DNA of 64,000 nt from an uncultured Candidatus Saccharibacteria bacterium (lineage in GTDB: Bacteria > Patescibacteriota > Saccharimonadia > CAILAD01 > GCA-016700035): positions 16,843-80,842 of the forward strand of contig CAYMMM010000002.1 of assembly GCA_964391595.1 (NCBI GenBank), given 5' to 3'. This document shows, piece after piece, positions 18,584-28,134 of the stretch; the first letter of the stretch is position 1; every line of letters begins with the position of its first letter. The translations under genes were made by a program, and so were the position numbers. The notes under the pieces were generated by a model. It saw nothing but the letters and a program-made list of their open reading frames with translations, ran no database searches and was not told the DNA's origin.

Positions 18584-19480
18584 TCAATTGCTTAGCGTGC
18601 CTCGTGCTGCTGCATCTAAGAACGCCTGACTGGCAGCATCATCGAGCAGCCAAGGCGCCTCAGGCTTCACGCCAACTTGAGCACATGCTGTAACAAAAGC
18701 CTTTCGCTTATCACTACCCGCATTGATGGCCTCCTCATACGTTGCACCAAGCCTTGCCATACGTACAGAGTGACTTAATCTCTTTACGCCGCGCGCACTG
18801 GGTTCTTGTACCATCCCTATGTGCTCAACAGGTATACTCCCATCCGCAGGAGACTGAAACACCCGTGGCACCTCATTCCACATTGTCTGCGGGAATCTTC
18901 CGCCGTGGTACAGTGTCGTAATTATCTCGATAATCCTGTCTGGTTGCGTAGTATAAATATCCGGTGCGTCGTAACCGTGATCCATCACCTTCCAGGCGAT
19001 GTCGATACCGGTCGCAGTTGCTGCAACTATGAGCTGCTTGAGGAATGCCTGTTGATACTGAGGAGTCTCTCCACTCTCTCTAGTATGGTCGGCAAGTGAG
19101 AGATAGAACTTCGTGCGAGCAAGCTTTTGTTCTGGGGTGAATTCGGGAGGATCTTCGTCTTGGCTATACAAAATACTTGCTTCTGATCCAATACCGACAT
19201 GGAATGATTTTACTTTTCTCACCCCAGCATTTCGTAGAGATTCAGCAAGCTCTAGTTCGTTGACTACGATGCTGCCAGTACGCATTGAGTAATCGCCAGA
19301 CATATACGCCTCGAGACTCATCCCTGCTTCGCGGGCTGCTAGCTCGTAGCCATCGATCTCCGCTAGACGTGCTGTGATTTCACGCTCGCGAAGAAGATCA
19401 CCCCGAAGCTCTGACCGTGCTGCTGAGTCAATGCTATCTTGCGACTCTCCTTCTCTCCCACCAACTATTACCATATCCAT
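18584..19480 (-). CDS. Hypothetical protein (298 aa)
   Basis: Long ORF co-oriented with the HIT gene. I recognise no motif. Confidence 0.45.
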   Translation of the reverse strand: MDMVIVGGREGESQDSIDSAARSELRGDLLREREITARLAEIDGYELAAREAGMSLEAYMSGDYSMRTGSIVVNELELAESLRNAGVRKVKSFHVGIGSEASILYSQDEDPPEFTPEQKLARTKFYLSLADHTRESGETPQYQQAFLKQLIVAATATGIDIAWKVMDHGYDAPDIYTTQPDRIIEIITTLYHGGRFPQTMWNEVPRVFQSPADGSIPVEHIGMVQEPSARGVKRLSHSVRMARLGATYEEAINAGSDKRKAFVTACAQVGVKPEAPWLLDDAASQAFLDAAARGTLSN

Positions 19481-19528
19481 ACTCTACCACAGCAACAAGG
19501 CTGATCTGTGCTGGCACCTAGTTCGTGA

Positions 19529-20089
19529 TTACTTCAAACGTTCGAGGTAGGCGCCAGTACGCGTATCTACTTTCACCATGTCGCCTGCCTTAATGAAGAG
19601 CGGCGCTTGTACTTCGATGCCAGTCTCGAGCTTCACAGCCTTAGTAGCACCAGCAGCCGAGTTACCCTTGTCAGAGCCTGGTGCCTCCACTACCTTCAGT
19701 GGGACATTCTTCGGCCACTCAAAGCCGATGATTTGACCCTGGAAGAGATAGCCTTCGATCTCACCACCCTCTACGATGTACTTCGGCAGATCAGCATCTA
19801 CCTTAGTTGAAACTTCATGCGTCTCATACGACTCCATGTCCATAAGCGAGTGAATATCACCCTGCGTGTACAGATACTGGAGCTTCACGCGCTGTAAGTC
19901 AGCAGGCTTCACGCGCTCATCATTACGAAACGTGCGGTCAATTACCCCGCCGGTGATGAGATTCTTAAGCTTAGTATTCACGATTGACCCGCCACGTCCC
20001 ATTTGCTTCTGGGCGTAATCTACTACCTTATATGGCGCGCCATCAATCTCTATCAGAGTGTCTTTGCGTAAATCAGTTGGTCCGTACAT
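19529..20089 (-). CDS. efp: Elongation factor P
   Basis: 186 aa. The KOW-like N-terminus and the C-terminus ...VQAPLFIKAGDMVKVDTRTGAYLERLK match EF-P. Confidence 0.9.
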   Translation of the reverse strand: MYGPTDLRKDTLIEIDGAPYKVVDYAQKQMGRGGSIVNTKLKNLITGGVIDRTFRNDERVKPADLQRVKLQYLYTQGDIHSLMDMESYETHEVSTKVDADLPKYIVEGGEIEGYLFQGQIIGFEWPKNVPLKVVEAPGSDKGNSAAGATKAVKLETGIEVQAPLFIKAGDMVKVDTRTGAYLERLK

Positions 20090-20238
20090 ATCTTATAGGT
20101 CTCCTATATTACTCAGGAGGCACGTAAGCTTGGATGAGCCGCAAGGCAGCGGCGAGAATCGCAGCGGAGCTTACTAGTTGTAAGTAGAGCGAGACTCACA
20201 GACCGCTAACGAAGCGGCTCGCCAAGATCGCGTGCCGA

Positions 20239-20451
20239 TTATTTGACGACGAATGGAAGCAGCGCCAAGTGTCTAGCCCGCTTCAAAGCCTGAGCCAGCA
20301 AACGCTGATGTTTCATAGAAGCGCCAGTACGCTTGCGACCTTCGATCTTGCCAACGCTATTTACGTAACGCTGCAAAAGCTTGACGTCTTTGTAGTCGAT
20401 GACTTCGATGTCTTCGCTATACAGACGGTTTTGTTTACGAAATTCTGCCAT
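20239..20451 (-). CDS. rpsR: 30S ribosomal protein S18
   Basis: [50 protein letters not shown] matches the S18 signature. Confidence 0.9.
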   Translation of the reverse strand: MAEFRKQNRLYSEDIEVIDYKDVKLLQRYVNSVGKIEGRKRTGASMKHQRLLAQALKRARHLALLPFVVK

Positions 20452-20477
20452 GTTTCTATACTATCCTTTCATGATCC

Positions 20478-20927
20478 CTAGAATGGGATGTCATCCAAAT
20501 TAATCTCATCATCACCCATATCTTCTATCTCCGGTGCGCTCTTTCCAGCCTTTTTCGCCACTGGCGCGTCGCTCGAACCACCGCCATCACCAGGTCCGCC
20601 AATAAAGTTTATATCGGTTGCAACGATTTCGGTGCGTGAACGCTTACCGCCATCCTGAGCTTCCCACTGACGGGTCTGCAGACGACCGACGATGAGTGCG
20701 CGTCTGCCTTTGGTCAAATATTGACTCACTAGCTCACCAAGTTTGCCCCAAGCTACAACATCATGGTATTCAACCGCATCTTTACGGTCTCCACTCTGTG
20801 GATCTTGCCAGCTGCGGTTTGTGGCGATCGCAAAACTTGCCACCGATTGACCCGAAGGTGTAGTGCGCAGTTCAGGGTCTCGCGTCAGATTACCCATGAT
20901 GATTGCTTGATTGAAGTCCTTAGCCAT
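20478..20927 (-). CDS. ssb: Single-stranded DNA-binding protein
   Basis: OB fold, a Gly-rich linker and the acidic tail ...DDIPF. It sits between rpsF and rpsR, the classic arrangement. Confidence 0.9.
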   Translation of the reverse strand: MAKDFNQAIIMGNLTRDPELRTTPSGQSVASFAIATNRSWQDPQSGDRKDAVEYHDVVAWGKLGELVSQYLTKGRRALIVGRLQTRQWEAQDGGKRSRTEIVATDINFIGGPGDGGGSSDAPVAKKAGKSAPEIEDMGDDEINLDDIPF

Positions 20928-20958
20928 AGTTTACTGTTCCCTTTCTTCTACTCAATTA

Positions 20959-21354
20959 TTATTGTTCTGCGTCGGCTACTTTGTCTTGCGTTTCTTCTAC
21001 GTCTTCTGACTTTTTGGACTTTGCAGAGACCTTCTTCGAGCCATCCGACTTGGGCTTCTGGATAGTCTTGATGTCTTCAAGAGATACTACCAAGTAGCGC
21101 ATCACTTCATCCGTAATACGCAGGGTATTATCGAGCGATTGAACCTGACTCGGATCAATCTTCACCTGAAAGAATACATAGATTCCCCAGTCTTGTTTTT
21201 TGATCTTGTAAGCTAGCTTGCGCTTACCCCAGTTGTCTTTTTTCTCAATCTCGCCACCGAGCCCAGTAATTATGGTCTCGACTTTAGTAATTGCACGCTC
21301 GACATCTATCTCGAGGTCAGGGTGCAACACTACTGCAACTTCATATTGTCGCAT
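20959..21354 (-). CDS. rpsF: 30S ribosomal protein S6
   Basis: MRQYEVAVVLHPDLE...WGKRKLAYKIKK matches S6, followed by an acidic/K-rich tail. Confidence 0.9.
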   Translation of the reverse strand: MRQYEVAVVLHPDLEIDVERAITKVETIITGLGGEIEKKDNWGKRKLAYKIKKQDWGIYVFFQVKIDPSQVQSLDNTLRITDEVMRYLVVSLEDIKTIQKPKSDGSKKVSAKSKKSEDVEETQDKVADAEQ

Positions 21355-21458
21355 GTATATCCTTTCTTCGGTTCCCTACAGACTTACGCCTATAGCTTCA
21401 CTGGAATTCTTTACGATTCCAGTAAAAAGGTTACTTATTTGATCTAACAATACCGTAA

Positions 21459-22049
21459 TTGTACCGAAAATACATCTGTACGTCAAGCAGGATAATTAGG
21501 GGTATAATGCAGGCTATGCACTGTCTGGCCAGCAAATTGCTCAACTCATGGATGATGGACCGAGATAGCGAACAAACACCCCTCATCGGCCTTATAGAAG
21601 AAATTGTTCTCGATCCAGAAACTTTGAAGGTTGCCCTCTTTGGCCTCGGTGTTGGCCGAGGACGAACTAAGTTTTTTGTACGCAGCGATCAGACACACTT
21701 CGATCGCACCAGCGGAATGATGCAAACGCATTTCGATGCTGTTGGTGAAACAGATGACTTCATTCGCGAACACGACATCTTGCGCACGCACTGCACACTA
21801 ATCGGTTATCGAGTAGCAGACGAAACGGGACGGTATCTGGGTTCTGTCCGCGACTACAGTCTCACCTCACAGCTCTTTCAAGTTGAACGTCTCTACATTA
21901 CTTCACCCTTCTGGAAAAGACTTCGTACCCCGCAGCTCATCATTGCGCGCACCCAAGTTCTCGAGGTAATACCAGCAAAAAAACTTGTGCAGATCAAAAA
22001 CATTAAGCCTGCCCAGCGGAGTCGTGCTAGCCAAGCAATACCCGCTTAA
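21459..22049 (+). CDS. Hypothetical protein with two PRC-barrel-like repeats (putative)
   Basis: Repeated L-I-G-x-x-V-x-D/E-x-x-G-x-x-L-G motifs (LIGLIEEIVLDPETLKVALFGLG; LIGYRVADETGRYLGSVRD). The true start may be an internal Met. Confidence 0.35.
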   Translation: MYRKYICTSSRIIRGIMQAMHCLASKLLNSWMMDRDSEQTPLIGLIEEIVLDPETLKVALFGLGVGRGRTKFFVRSDQTHFDRTSGMMQTHFDAVGETDDFIREHDILRTHCTLIGYRVADETGRYLGSVRDYSLTSQLFQVERLYITSPFWKRLRTPQLIIARTQVLEVIPAKKLVQIKNIKPAQRSRASQAIPA

Positions 22050-22270
22050 AATCTGTTGTCATAAATACTACAATGTTCGGTTCTTGTCTGCTTGTGCTTA
22101 CTTTGTCGCTCACCTATGATTGATACAGAAAAAGGAGGGTTGTGGGCTTGGTTACAGTAGCACTCTGGCTAGTTGCCATCGCCGTCTGCGTTCGCGCAGT
22201 TGTGGTGTCACGCTAGACAAAATAGAACGATAAAACGAGACAGAAAGATAGAGAACGCACCACATAGTGG

Positions 22271-22960
22271 TTATCCATTGTCTTCTAAGACTTGCTTTAT
22301 GTCTGAGTAGCGAAATCCCTTGCGAAGCAAGTATTGAATGAGTTTTTCAGGCGCCGGATATTGCTGGCGCTTTTTTTGTACCAATCGTGCTATCTGGCTC
22401 TTGGTTTCTTCGCCCCCTATATGAGCAAGTGCCTCTTGGATAGTACTGGAGTTTATATTTTTCTTCATCAACTCAACTCGTATGGTGGCTAGTGAACGAT
22501 TTTGATCCATCCGCATGCGTATCCACCGATTCGTAAAATCTTCATCATCAAGATACTTTTCATCAGTGAGTTTCTTGATGATTGATTGTATAACGCTTGA
22601 GGAAAATTCTTTCTTGCGCAGATAGTCACTCAACTCACCAGTGCTACGGATGCGATATGACAAGTAGCGCAGGCTCGAGGCATAAGCTTTAGCTTCGATG
22701 GATTGAGTCTTGAGTGATTCGATGTCCTCGGCAGAAAGCTCATCCCCCACATGCAATCCCCGAGCAGCAACCTGGAAGTCCGAAAGCCCGCAGACGAACT
22801 CCCCATCCACCATCACATTGATATAGCTAGCACGTCTCTGTGGTTTAAGATCGGTAATTGTTGGCACAGAAAGCCCTTTCAGTGCACCCCACTCATTTCC
22901 CTGCTTTGGCAAGCTCACGAATTTGCTTATCAAGCTCCGATACAACCTTTGGATGTTCAT
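22271..22960 (-). CDS. recX: Regulatory protein RecX
   Basis: Lies immediately downstream of recA and has a helical repeat protein of the usual RecX size. The start is ambiguous: TTG at 22996, ATG at 22960 (overlaps recA by 68 bp) or ATG at 22813 (non-overlapping). Confidence 0.6.
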   Translation of the reverse strand: MNIQRLYRSLISKFVSLPKQGNEWGALKGLSVPTITDLKPQRRASYINVMVDGEFVCGLSDFQVAARGLHVGDELSAEDIESLKTQSIEAKAYASSLRYLSYRIRSTGELSDYLRKKEFSSSVIQSIIKKLTDEKYLDDEDFTNRWIRMRMDQNRSLATIRVELMKKNINSSTIQEALAHIGGEETKSQIARLVQKKRQQYPAPEKLIQYLLRKGFRYSDIKQVLEDNG

Positions 22961-23963
22961 CCAAGAAGGATTTTGCAGCCTCACGCCCCTGCCCAATCTT
23001 TTCGTCCTTATAGGAGAACCAGGAGCCGGCCTTTTGAATCAGCTCGTATTTCACGGCAAGATCAATCATATCTCCAGATTTTGATATACCTTGGTTAAAC
23101 ATAATGTCAAACTCAGCGATCTTAAATGGTGCTGCAATCTTGTTCTTCACCACTTTGACCTTCACGTGGTTACCTATACTCTGATCACCTTCTTTAATCT
23201 GTTCGGTGCGGCGAATGTCCAAGCGCACTGAAGCATAGTATTTAAGGGCATTGCCACCTGCGGTGACTTCTGGGTTGCCAAACATCACGCCAATCTTCAT
23301 GCGCAGCTGATTAATGAAGATAACCGTACACTTAGACTTACTAATCACGCCGGTCAGTTTACGAAGTGCCTGACTCATCAATCTGGCTTGCAAACCAACG
23401 TGCGCATCGCCCATCTCACCTTCTATCTCCGCTCGTGGAACGAGAGCTGCTACTGAGTCAACGACTACGATATCTACGGCAGCTGAACGCACGAGTGTCT
23501 CCGTGATTTCAAGGGCCTGCTCGCCTGTGTCTGGCTGCGAAATCAACAGGTCATCTAGATTTACACCGATGCGAGAAGCGTATTCTGGATCAAGTGCGTG
23601 CTCTGCATCGACAAATGCAGCCAAACCACCCGACTTCTGCACTTCTGCAACTGCGTGTAGCGCAAGCGTGGTTTTACCACTTGATTCAGGTCCGTAGATC
23701 TCTATAATGCGTCCTTTCGGGATGCCACCTCCTAGAGCGAGATCCAGTGCAAGACTCCCTGTGGGAATCGTCTCAACATGTACATGCATGCCCTCGCCGA
23801 GCCGCATAATTGAACCCTTGCCAAACTGACGCTCTATCTGGTCAACCGCTAGTTCTACAGCTTTGAGGCGAGCTGCTTTTTCGTTCTTGGTATTCTTCGG
23901 GTCTACTTCCATAACGGCATTCTCTTTCGTCTTAGTTGACTTGTCGGCTTGAGCTACTGGCAT
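22893..23963 (-). CDS. recA: Recombinase RecA
   Basis: Walker A motif (GPESSGKTT) and the RecA signature ([14 protein letters not shown]). A strong SD (AGGAGAGGTGAT) precedes the ATG. Confidence 0.95.
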   Translation of the reverse strand: MPVAQADKSTKTKENAVMEVDPKNTKNEKAARLKAVELAVDQIERQFGKGSIMRLGEGMHVHVETIPTGSLALDLALGGGIPKGRIIEIYGPESSGKTTLALHAVAEVQKSGGLAAFVDAEHALDPEYASRIGVNLDDLLISQPDTGEQALEITETLVRSAAVDIVVVDSVAALVPRAEIEGEMGDAHVGLQARLMSQALRKLTGVISKSKCTVIFINQLRMKIGVMFGNPEVTAGGNALKYYASVRLDIRRTEQIKEGDQSIGNHVKVKVVKNKIAAPFKIAEFDIMFNQGISKSGDMIDLAVKYELIQKAGSWFSYKDEKIGQGREAAKSFLDEHPKVVSELDKQIRELAKAGK

Positions 23964-24000
23964 ATCACCTCTCCTATCTTATATGAATTATCTTAAATCG

Positions 24001-24030
24001 ATAATACCGAACACTTACCGATCATGTCAA
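24001..24030 (-). promoter_or_regulatory. Putative sigma-70 promoter of recA
   Basis: On the minus strand: TTGACA (24025-24030), an 18-nt spacer, and TATTAT (24001-24006). This lies ~40 nt upstream of the recA ATG. Confidence 0.5.
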
Positions 24031-24088
24031 GCGTCTTTTGTTCGTATACATAAAATTGCCGCCCCGATTACACGGAACGGCAAAGTAT

Positions 24089-24670
24089 TCACTTGAGCAT
24101 AAGAAGCATCCCGACAAGTTCCTCAGGAAACAGGCTCGCTTTGGTCAGCTTGGCACGAAATGCGCCCGACCACTTGTCTTCAGCTGAGAGAATGACACCG
24201 AGCTCCTCCTCCAAGAATGGATTGAGAAGATCTTTCAAGATCTGTTCTGCTGTCTTGCCAGTCTTAATGCTGACTGCAGCTAGGAGTTTGCGCTGGGGGT
24301 CGCTCAGAGCTGGCAAGAGCTTGGGGTCAACCTTGTAGCGAGTGATATCGAGGTACACGCCCACACTACGCGGAACCGTCAATGTGATCTGGATCTGATC
24401 GGTACGTGGCCCGACGCGCACTACCAAATCAGCCTCCTCGATACGCATGGCATTGTCGTCAGATCGCATCACAGCCAGTTCAACCGGCGGCTTCGAACGG
24501 ATCTTGGCGTTGACTCGTGCCTGGAAGGCCTTCTGTAGGGCATTCGTGATCTGAGGTGGCGACATCGCCCCACGACTGACTCCAAGTCGCGCATCGAGTT
24601 CACGAGGCGACAATGCCTCATACTCCAACAGAAGCGTCTCGAGAATTTCTCTCACTCGATCTGTATTCAC
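24089..24670 (-). CDS. Hypothetical protein (193 aa)
   Basis: ORF co-oriented between the RodZ-like gene and recA. No confident motif. Confidence 0.45.
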   Translation of the reverse strand: MNTDRVREILETLLLEYEALSPRELDARLGVSRGAMSPPQITNALQKAFQARVNAKIRSKPPVELAVMRSDDNAMRIEEADLVVRVGPRTDQIQITLTVPRSVGVYLDITRYKVDPKLLPALSDPQRKLLAAVSIKTGKTAEQILKDLLNPFLEEELGVILSAEDKWSGAFRAKLTKASLFPEELVGMLLMLK

Positions 24671-24758
24671 AGCTCTCCTTACATACTTCAGTAGGTACGA
24701 TCAGGACAACGATACCATTCAAACAACACCTACTCAAGCACAAGCGACATAGAGGAAA

Positions 24759-25850
24759 TTATCGAATTGGCGTTGCGCTATCAAGCGAGAATACGACACC
24801 TTGCTGCACCTCACCCAGACCACCAAGCACACCGAGATCTTGATTTTGAGCCGCCTTATTACTCAAAGTAACCGCAGTCGCGCCGGCATTACTCGTACTC
24901 AAGGCAAGCTGCTTTGAGGCCGTAAAGGTCTGAGGTTGATCAGGCTGTACGGCAGCCTTGTAGACCTCCTTCCCGTCAGCTAAGATCGTGAGGTTAATCG
25001 GTGCATTCTTTGCAGTAACAGTAATTTTTACCCCTTCGGTCACCTCTCCAACTGAAGGAGTTGGCGTAGGGCTCGCTACTTTCGGCAGGCTGGCAGTAAT
25101 GATATACGTTTCAGCTGCGGTTTTGCCAAGTCTATTCTTGGCCGAGAGGCGAATTTCATTGCGACCATCCACGACCGCGATGCGTTCTCGAAAACTCCCA
25201 TCAGCAGCTACAAGTACTGGCGAATCATTAATGTACAGGTCAGCACCACCATCGACTCGCCCAGAAATATAGCCGAAGTTCGTAGTCACTACAGTCGCCT
25301 CAGAGGTATTGATGTTGATCCGAGGTGGCGCTGATAGCACCGCCACTTGCCAGCCGATATATAAGACCACCACCGCAAACATGGATAGGATAGAAACGAG
25401 CAAAAAAGTGCGTGGAGTAACAATCATTCTGTTCGAGCGAATCGGCTTCAATCCAAGCTTCACAGACCCGCCATGCTTACGTCGCGATTGACGACGCATC
25501 TCCCTCTCTGATGCTCTCTCTCGCTCATAAATCTTCATAATAGGCTTGGGATCTAAGCCAAGATAATCAGCATAGTTGCGTACGTAGCCGCGCGAGTACA
25601 CATCATCCTTCAGAGAGTCGTAATCACCCGATTCGATCGCCTCAAGATAACTAAGTCGAATACGTGTCGCTTGTTCTGCCTCAGAAAGGGCGATCTCCAA
25701 GCTTTCTCGACGGTGCTTGAGTATGGCCGCTAGTGGCTGGTTGGCACTACGTCGTGCCCGGGGGCTAGGTACGGTCGATGCGATAGGGCGTTCATTCATC
25801 CGCCCCGCCTTCCTCCGTAGCATGCGACTCCATGCCACCCCCTTCTGCAC
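24759..25850 (-). CDS. RodZ-like cytoskeleton protein (HTH domain, TM segment and an extracellular Ig-like C-terminal region)
   Basis: The N-terminal HTH region (LSYLEAIESGDYDSLKDDVYSRGYVRNYADYLGLDP) is typical of RodZ. It is followed by basic linkers and a single TM segment (FLLVSILSMFAVVVLYI). Confidence 0.6.
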   Translation of the reverse strand: MQKGVAWSRMLRRKAGRMNERPIASTVPSPRARRSANQPLAAILKHRRESLEIALSEAEQATRIRLSYLEAIESGDYDSLKDDVYSRGYVRNYADYLGLDPKPIMKIYERERASEREMRRQSRRKHGGSVKLGLKPIRSNRMIVTPRTFLLVSILSMFAVVVLYIGWQVAVLSAPPRININTSEATVVTTNFGYISGRVDGGADLYINDSPVLVAADGSFRERIAVVDGRNEIRLSAKNRLGKTAAETYIITASLPKVASPTPTPSVGEVTEGVKITVTAKNAPINLTILADGKEVYKAAVQPDQPQTFTASKQLALSTSNAGATAVTLSNKAAQNQDLGVLGGLGEVQQGVVFSLDSATPIR

Positions 25851-27945
25851 CGGCTAAATCAGCACTTGATATCAATACTTTACGCGGCTTCGCACCGTCC
25901 TTCGGACCAATCACGCCATTTTCTTCCAGCATGTCTATGAGGCTGGCAGCACGAGCGTACCCAACACGGAATTGGCGCTGAATGCGACTTGATGAAGCTT
26001 CCCCGGAGCGCATGACAAATTCAAGCACTTCATCATACAGATCATCATCGTGACGACCACCACCACCCGCACTCATTACCCCGCGATTGCCAATCTTTAC
26101 TGCTTGCGCCAAAACATCTTCGAGATATTCCGGAGCCTGTTCATCACGTAAGAATTTCGTGACCGCACTCACCTCTTCGTTTGTTAGCAAGACGCCCTGA
26201 GCGCGTTTCGGCTTCATAAATTCTGGTGAAGAGAAGAGCATATCACCCTTACCGAGAAGTTTTTCGGCACCAGCCTGATCAATGATGGTACGACTGTCGA
26301 TCTGGCTGGCGGTGGTCAAGGCGATACGCGCAGGGACGTTTGCCTTGATGATGCCAGTTACAACACCAACACTTGGTCGCTGAGTGGCAAGCACCAAATG
26401 AATACCGACCGCACGAGCCATTTGAGCGATTCGAACGATCAATGCTTCGACATCCTTGCCGGCCACCGCCATGAGATCAGAGAATTCGTCGAGGACAATG
26501 ACGATATACGGCATAGGCTCGACCTCTTTGAGCGCGTTATATTCACCAATATTGCGCTTCGTCTTATCAGCAAGAAGCTTGAGACGGCGATCCATCTCAC
26601 CCACCGCCCACTTGAGCGCAGAGATGGTCTTATCCGGCTCGTAAATCACCGGCGTGAGGAGATGCGGGATATCATTATAAAGCGTCATTTCAACACGCTT
26701 CGGATCAACAAGGATCAGGCGCAACTCAGCCGGCGAGTTGCGATACAAGAATGAAGTAAGGAGCGTATTAATCATCACCGACTTACCCGATCCAGTCGTA
26801 CCAGCAACCAAAAGGTGCGGCATGCTCGCAAGGTCAGCGGTCAAAACGTCACCCGCCACATCGCGACCGAGCACAAACTCTAACTTACTGGGCTTGGCTT
26901 GCATTTCTTTACTTTCCATAATGTCACGCAATCGTACCTGCGCAGCTTTTTCATTTGGCACTTCGATACCTACAAGGTCAGTGCCAGGAATCGGCGCCTC
27001 AATACGTACTTGAGGAGCCTTGAGCGCAAGCGCGAGGTTACGATCGAGTGTCGTGATTTTATTGAGTTTCACTCCAGTAGAAGGGCGCATGGTGTACTGC
27101 GCGACGGTTGGACCTACGTTTACCCCAACCATCTTTACATCGATCGCAAATTCCTTGAAAGTCGTACCAATAATGCCAGCTTTCTCTTTCTCATTGCCAG
27201 CATCCGCCTTAGTAGACATGCCCTTCAACAGGTCAAGAGGCGGATATTTCCAGTTTTTGTCGAGTGTAGCGGTCACAGCTCGCGCTGGCTGTTTGGCTTT
27301 CGCATCATCTTCCCCGCCACCAATAGCACCCTTGAAAGGCAGCTTAGTATTTATCGTAAACCCTGCCTGCTTCACTTCGAGCTCGGGCTCGCCGTCGGCT
27401 TTCTTGCCACGCAACTTATTCCACAGCTCGATGAGACGCACATTGGTCGCGATGATAACGGTAATGAGCTCAAGCAAGCCAAGTACGAATAACGCCAATG
27501 GTCGTGTCAGAAGTGGATTAATAATCATCCAGAGGCCATAGCCGATAAAGCCACCTTGGTCTGACAGCTCCGACAAAGCTGAGCCGTCACCCGCAACTGC
27601 AAACTGAATGATGCCAGCGAGCAATATAAAGAAAACGAACAGACCAAAATAATTATTCGCCTTAAGCTCATACTTACTCACACGGAAGAGCGCGTAGGCC
27701 AAGAACAACAAGCCAAGTGGTAATGGATAAACCGCCTGTCCGATGAGTGTTTTCAAGAGAGCAAGTAGCCCCATACCAAGAGATCCAGCACCATTAAAGA
27801 ACGCAACAATTACTAAAATAGCCACGCCGACAATGAAGATTGCTGCGATATCTTGCTTGGCCGCCTTCGAGAGCAAAGGCTCTTTTTCGACAGTTGGTTT
27901 GCGCGCAGCTCGTGAGCGCGCTGGTTTACGTGTTCGTTTTGCCAT
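25792..27945 (-). CDS. ftsK: DNA translocase FtsK/SpoIIIE
   Basis: N-terminal TM segments, an FtsK motor with Walker A (GTTGSGKS), and a C-terminal gamma winged-helix domain. Confidence 0.9.
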   Translation of the reverse strand: MAKRTRKPARSRAARKPTVEKEPLLSKAAKQDIAAIFIVGVAILVIVAFFNGAGSLGMGLLALLKTLIGQAVYPLPLGLLFLAYALFRVSKYELKANNYFGLFVFFILLAGIIQFAVAGDGSALSELSDQGGFIGYGLWMIINPLLTRPLALFVLGLLELITVIIATNVRLIELWNKLRGKKADGEPELEVKQAGFTINTKLPFKGAIGGGEDDAKAKQPARAVTATLDKNWKYPPLDLLKGMSTKADAGNEKEKAGIIGTTFKEFAIDVKMVGVNVGPTVAQYTMRPSTGVKLNKITTLDRNLALALKAPQVRIEAPIPGTDLVGIEVPNEKAAQVRLRDIMESKEMQAKPSKLEFVLGRDVAGDVLTADLASMPHLLVAGTTGSGKSVMINTLLTSFLYRNSPAELRLILVDPKRVEMTLYNDIPHLLTPVIYEPDKTISALKWAVGEMDRRLKLLADKTKRNIGEYNALKEVEPMPYIVIVLDEFSDLMAVAGKDVEALIVRIAQMARAVGIHLVLATQRPSVGVVTGIIKANVPARIALTTASQIDSRTIIDQAGAEKLLGKGDMLFSSPEFMKPKRAQGVLLTNEEVSAVTKFLRDEQAPEYLEDVLAQAVKIGNRGVMSAGGGGRHDDDLYDEVLEFVMRSGEASSSRIQRQFRVGYARAASLIDMLEENGVIGPKDGAKPRKVLISSADLAGAEGGGMESHATEEGGADE

Positions 27946-28040
27946 ATCCTGTGTAATCGTATTATGCCTGGTTTTCTGCTTCTGTGCCAGATGAATCGAC
28001 CGACTTCAGGCTGTGGTTCTCACCCTCTGAGAACATAACC

Positions 28041-28049
28041 ATTATAGCA
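28041..28049 (-). promoter_or_regulatory. Extended -10 element (TGcTATAAT) upstream of ftsK
   Basis: Plus-strand attatagca at 28041-28049 reads tgctataat on the minus strand. This is ~95 nt upstream of the ftsK ATG and downstream of the rnj terminator. Confidence 0.35.
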
Positions 28050-28080
28050 CAACTGGACAATAAAATAAAGACTTGTCAAA

Positions 28081-28112
28081 TACTAAAACCGCCCTGCTTT
28101 GACCGAGGGCGG
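28081..28112 (-). terminator. Intrinsic terminator downstream of rnj
   Basis: Stem CCGCCCT (28089-28095) pairs with AGGGCGG (28106-28112) across a 10-nt loop. On the minus strand the hairpin is followed by TTTTAGTATTT. Confidence 0.55.
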
Positions 28113-28134
28113 CTTAGCTTTAGGACTACTGAGT

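Noticed and set aside
24007-24060. CGAAC ... GTTCG inverted repeat upstream of recA as a possible Cheo/LexA box
   Set aside because: The half-sites are 27 nt apart, against 4 nt in the Gram-positive SOS box consensus CGAACnnnnGTTCG. The window contains no lexA. It is more likely part of the promoter than an operator.
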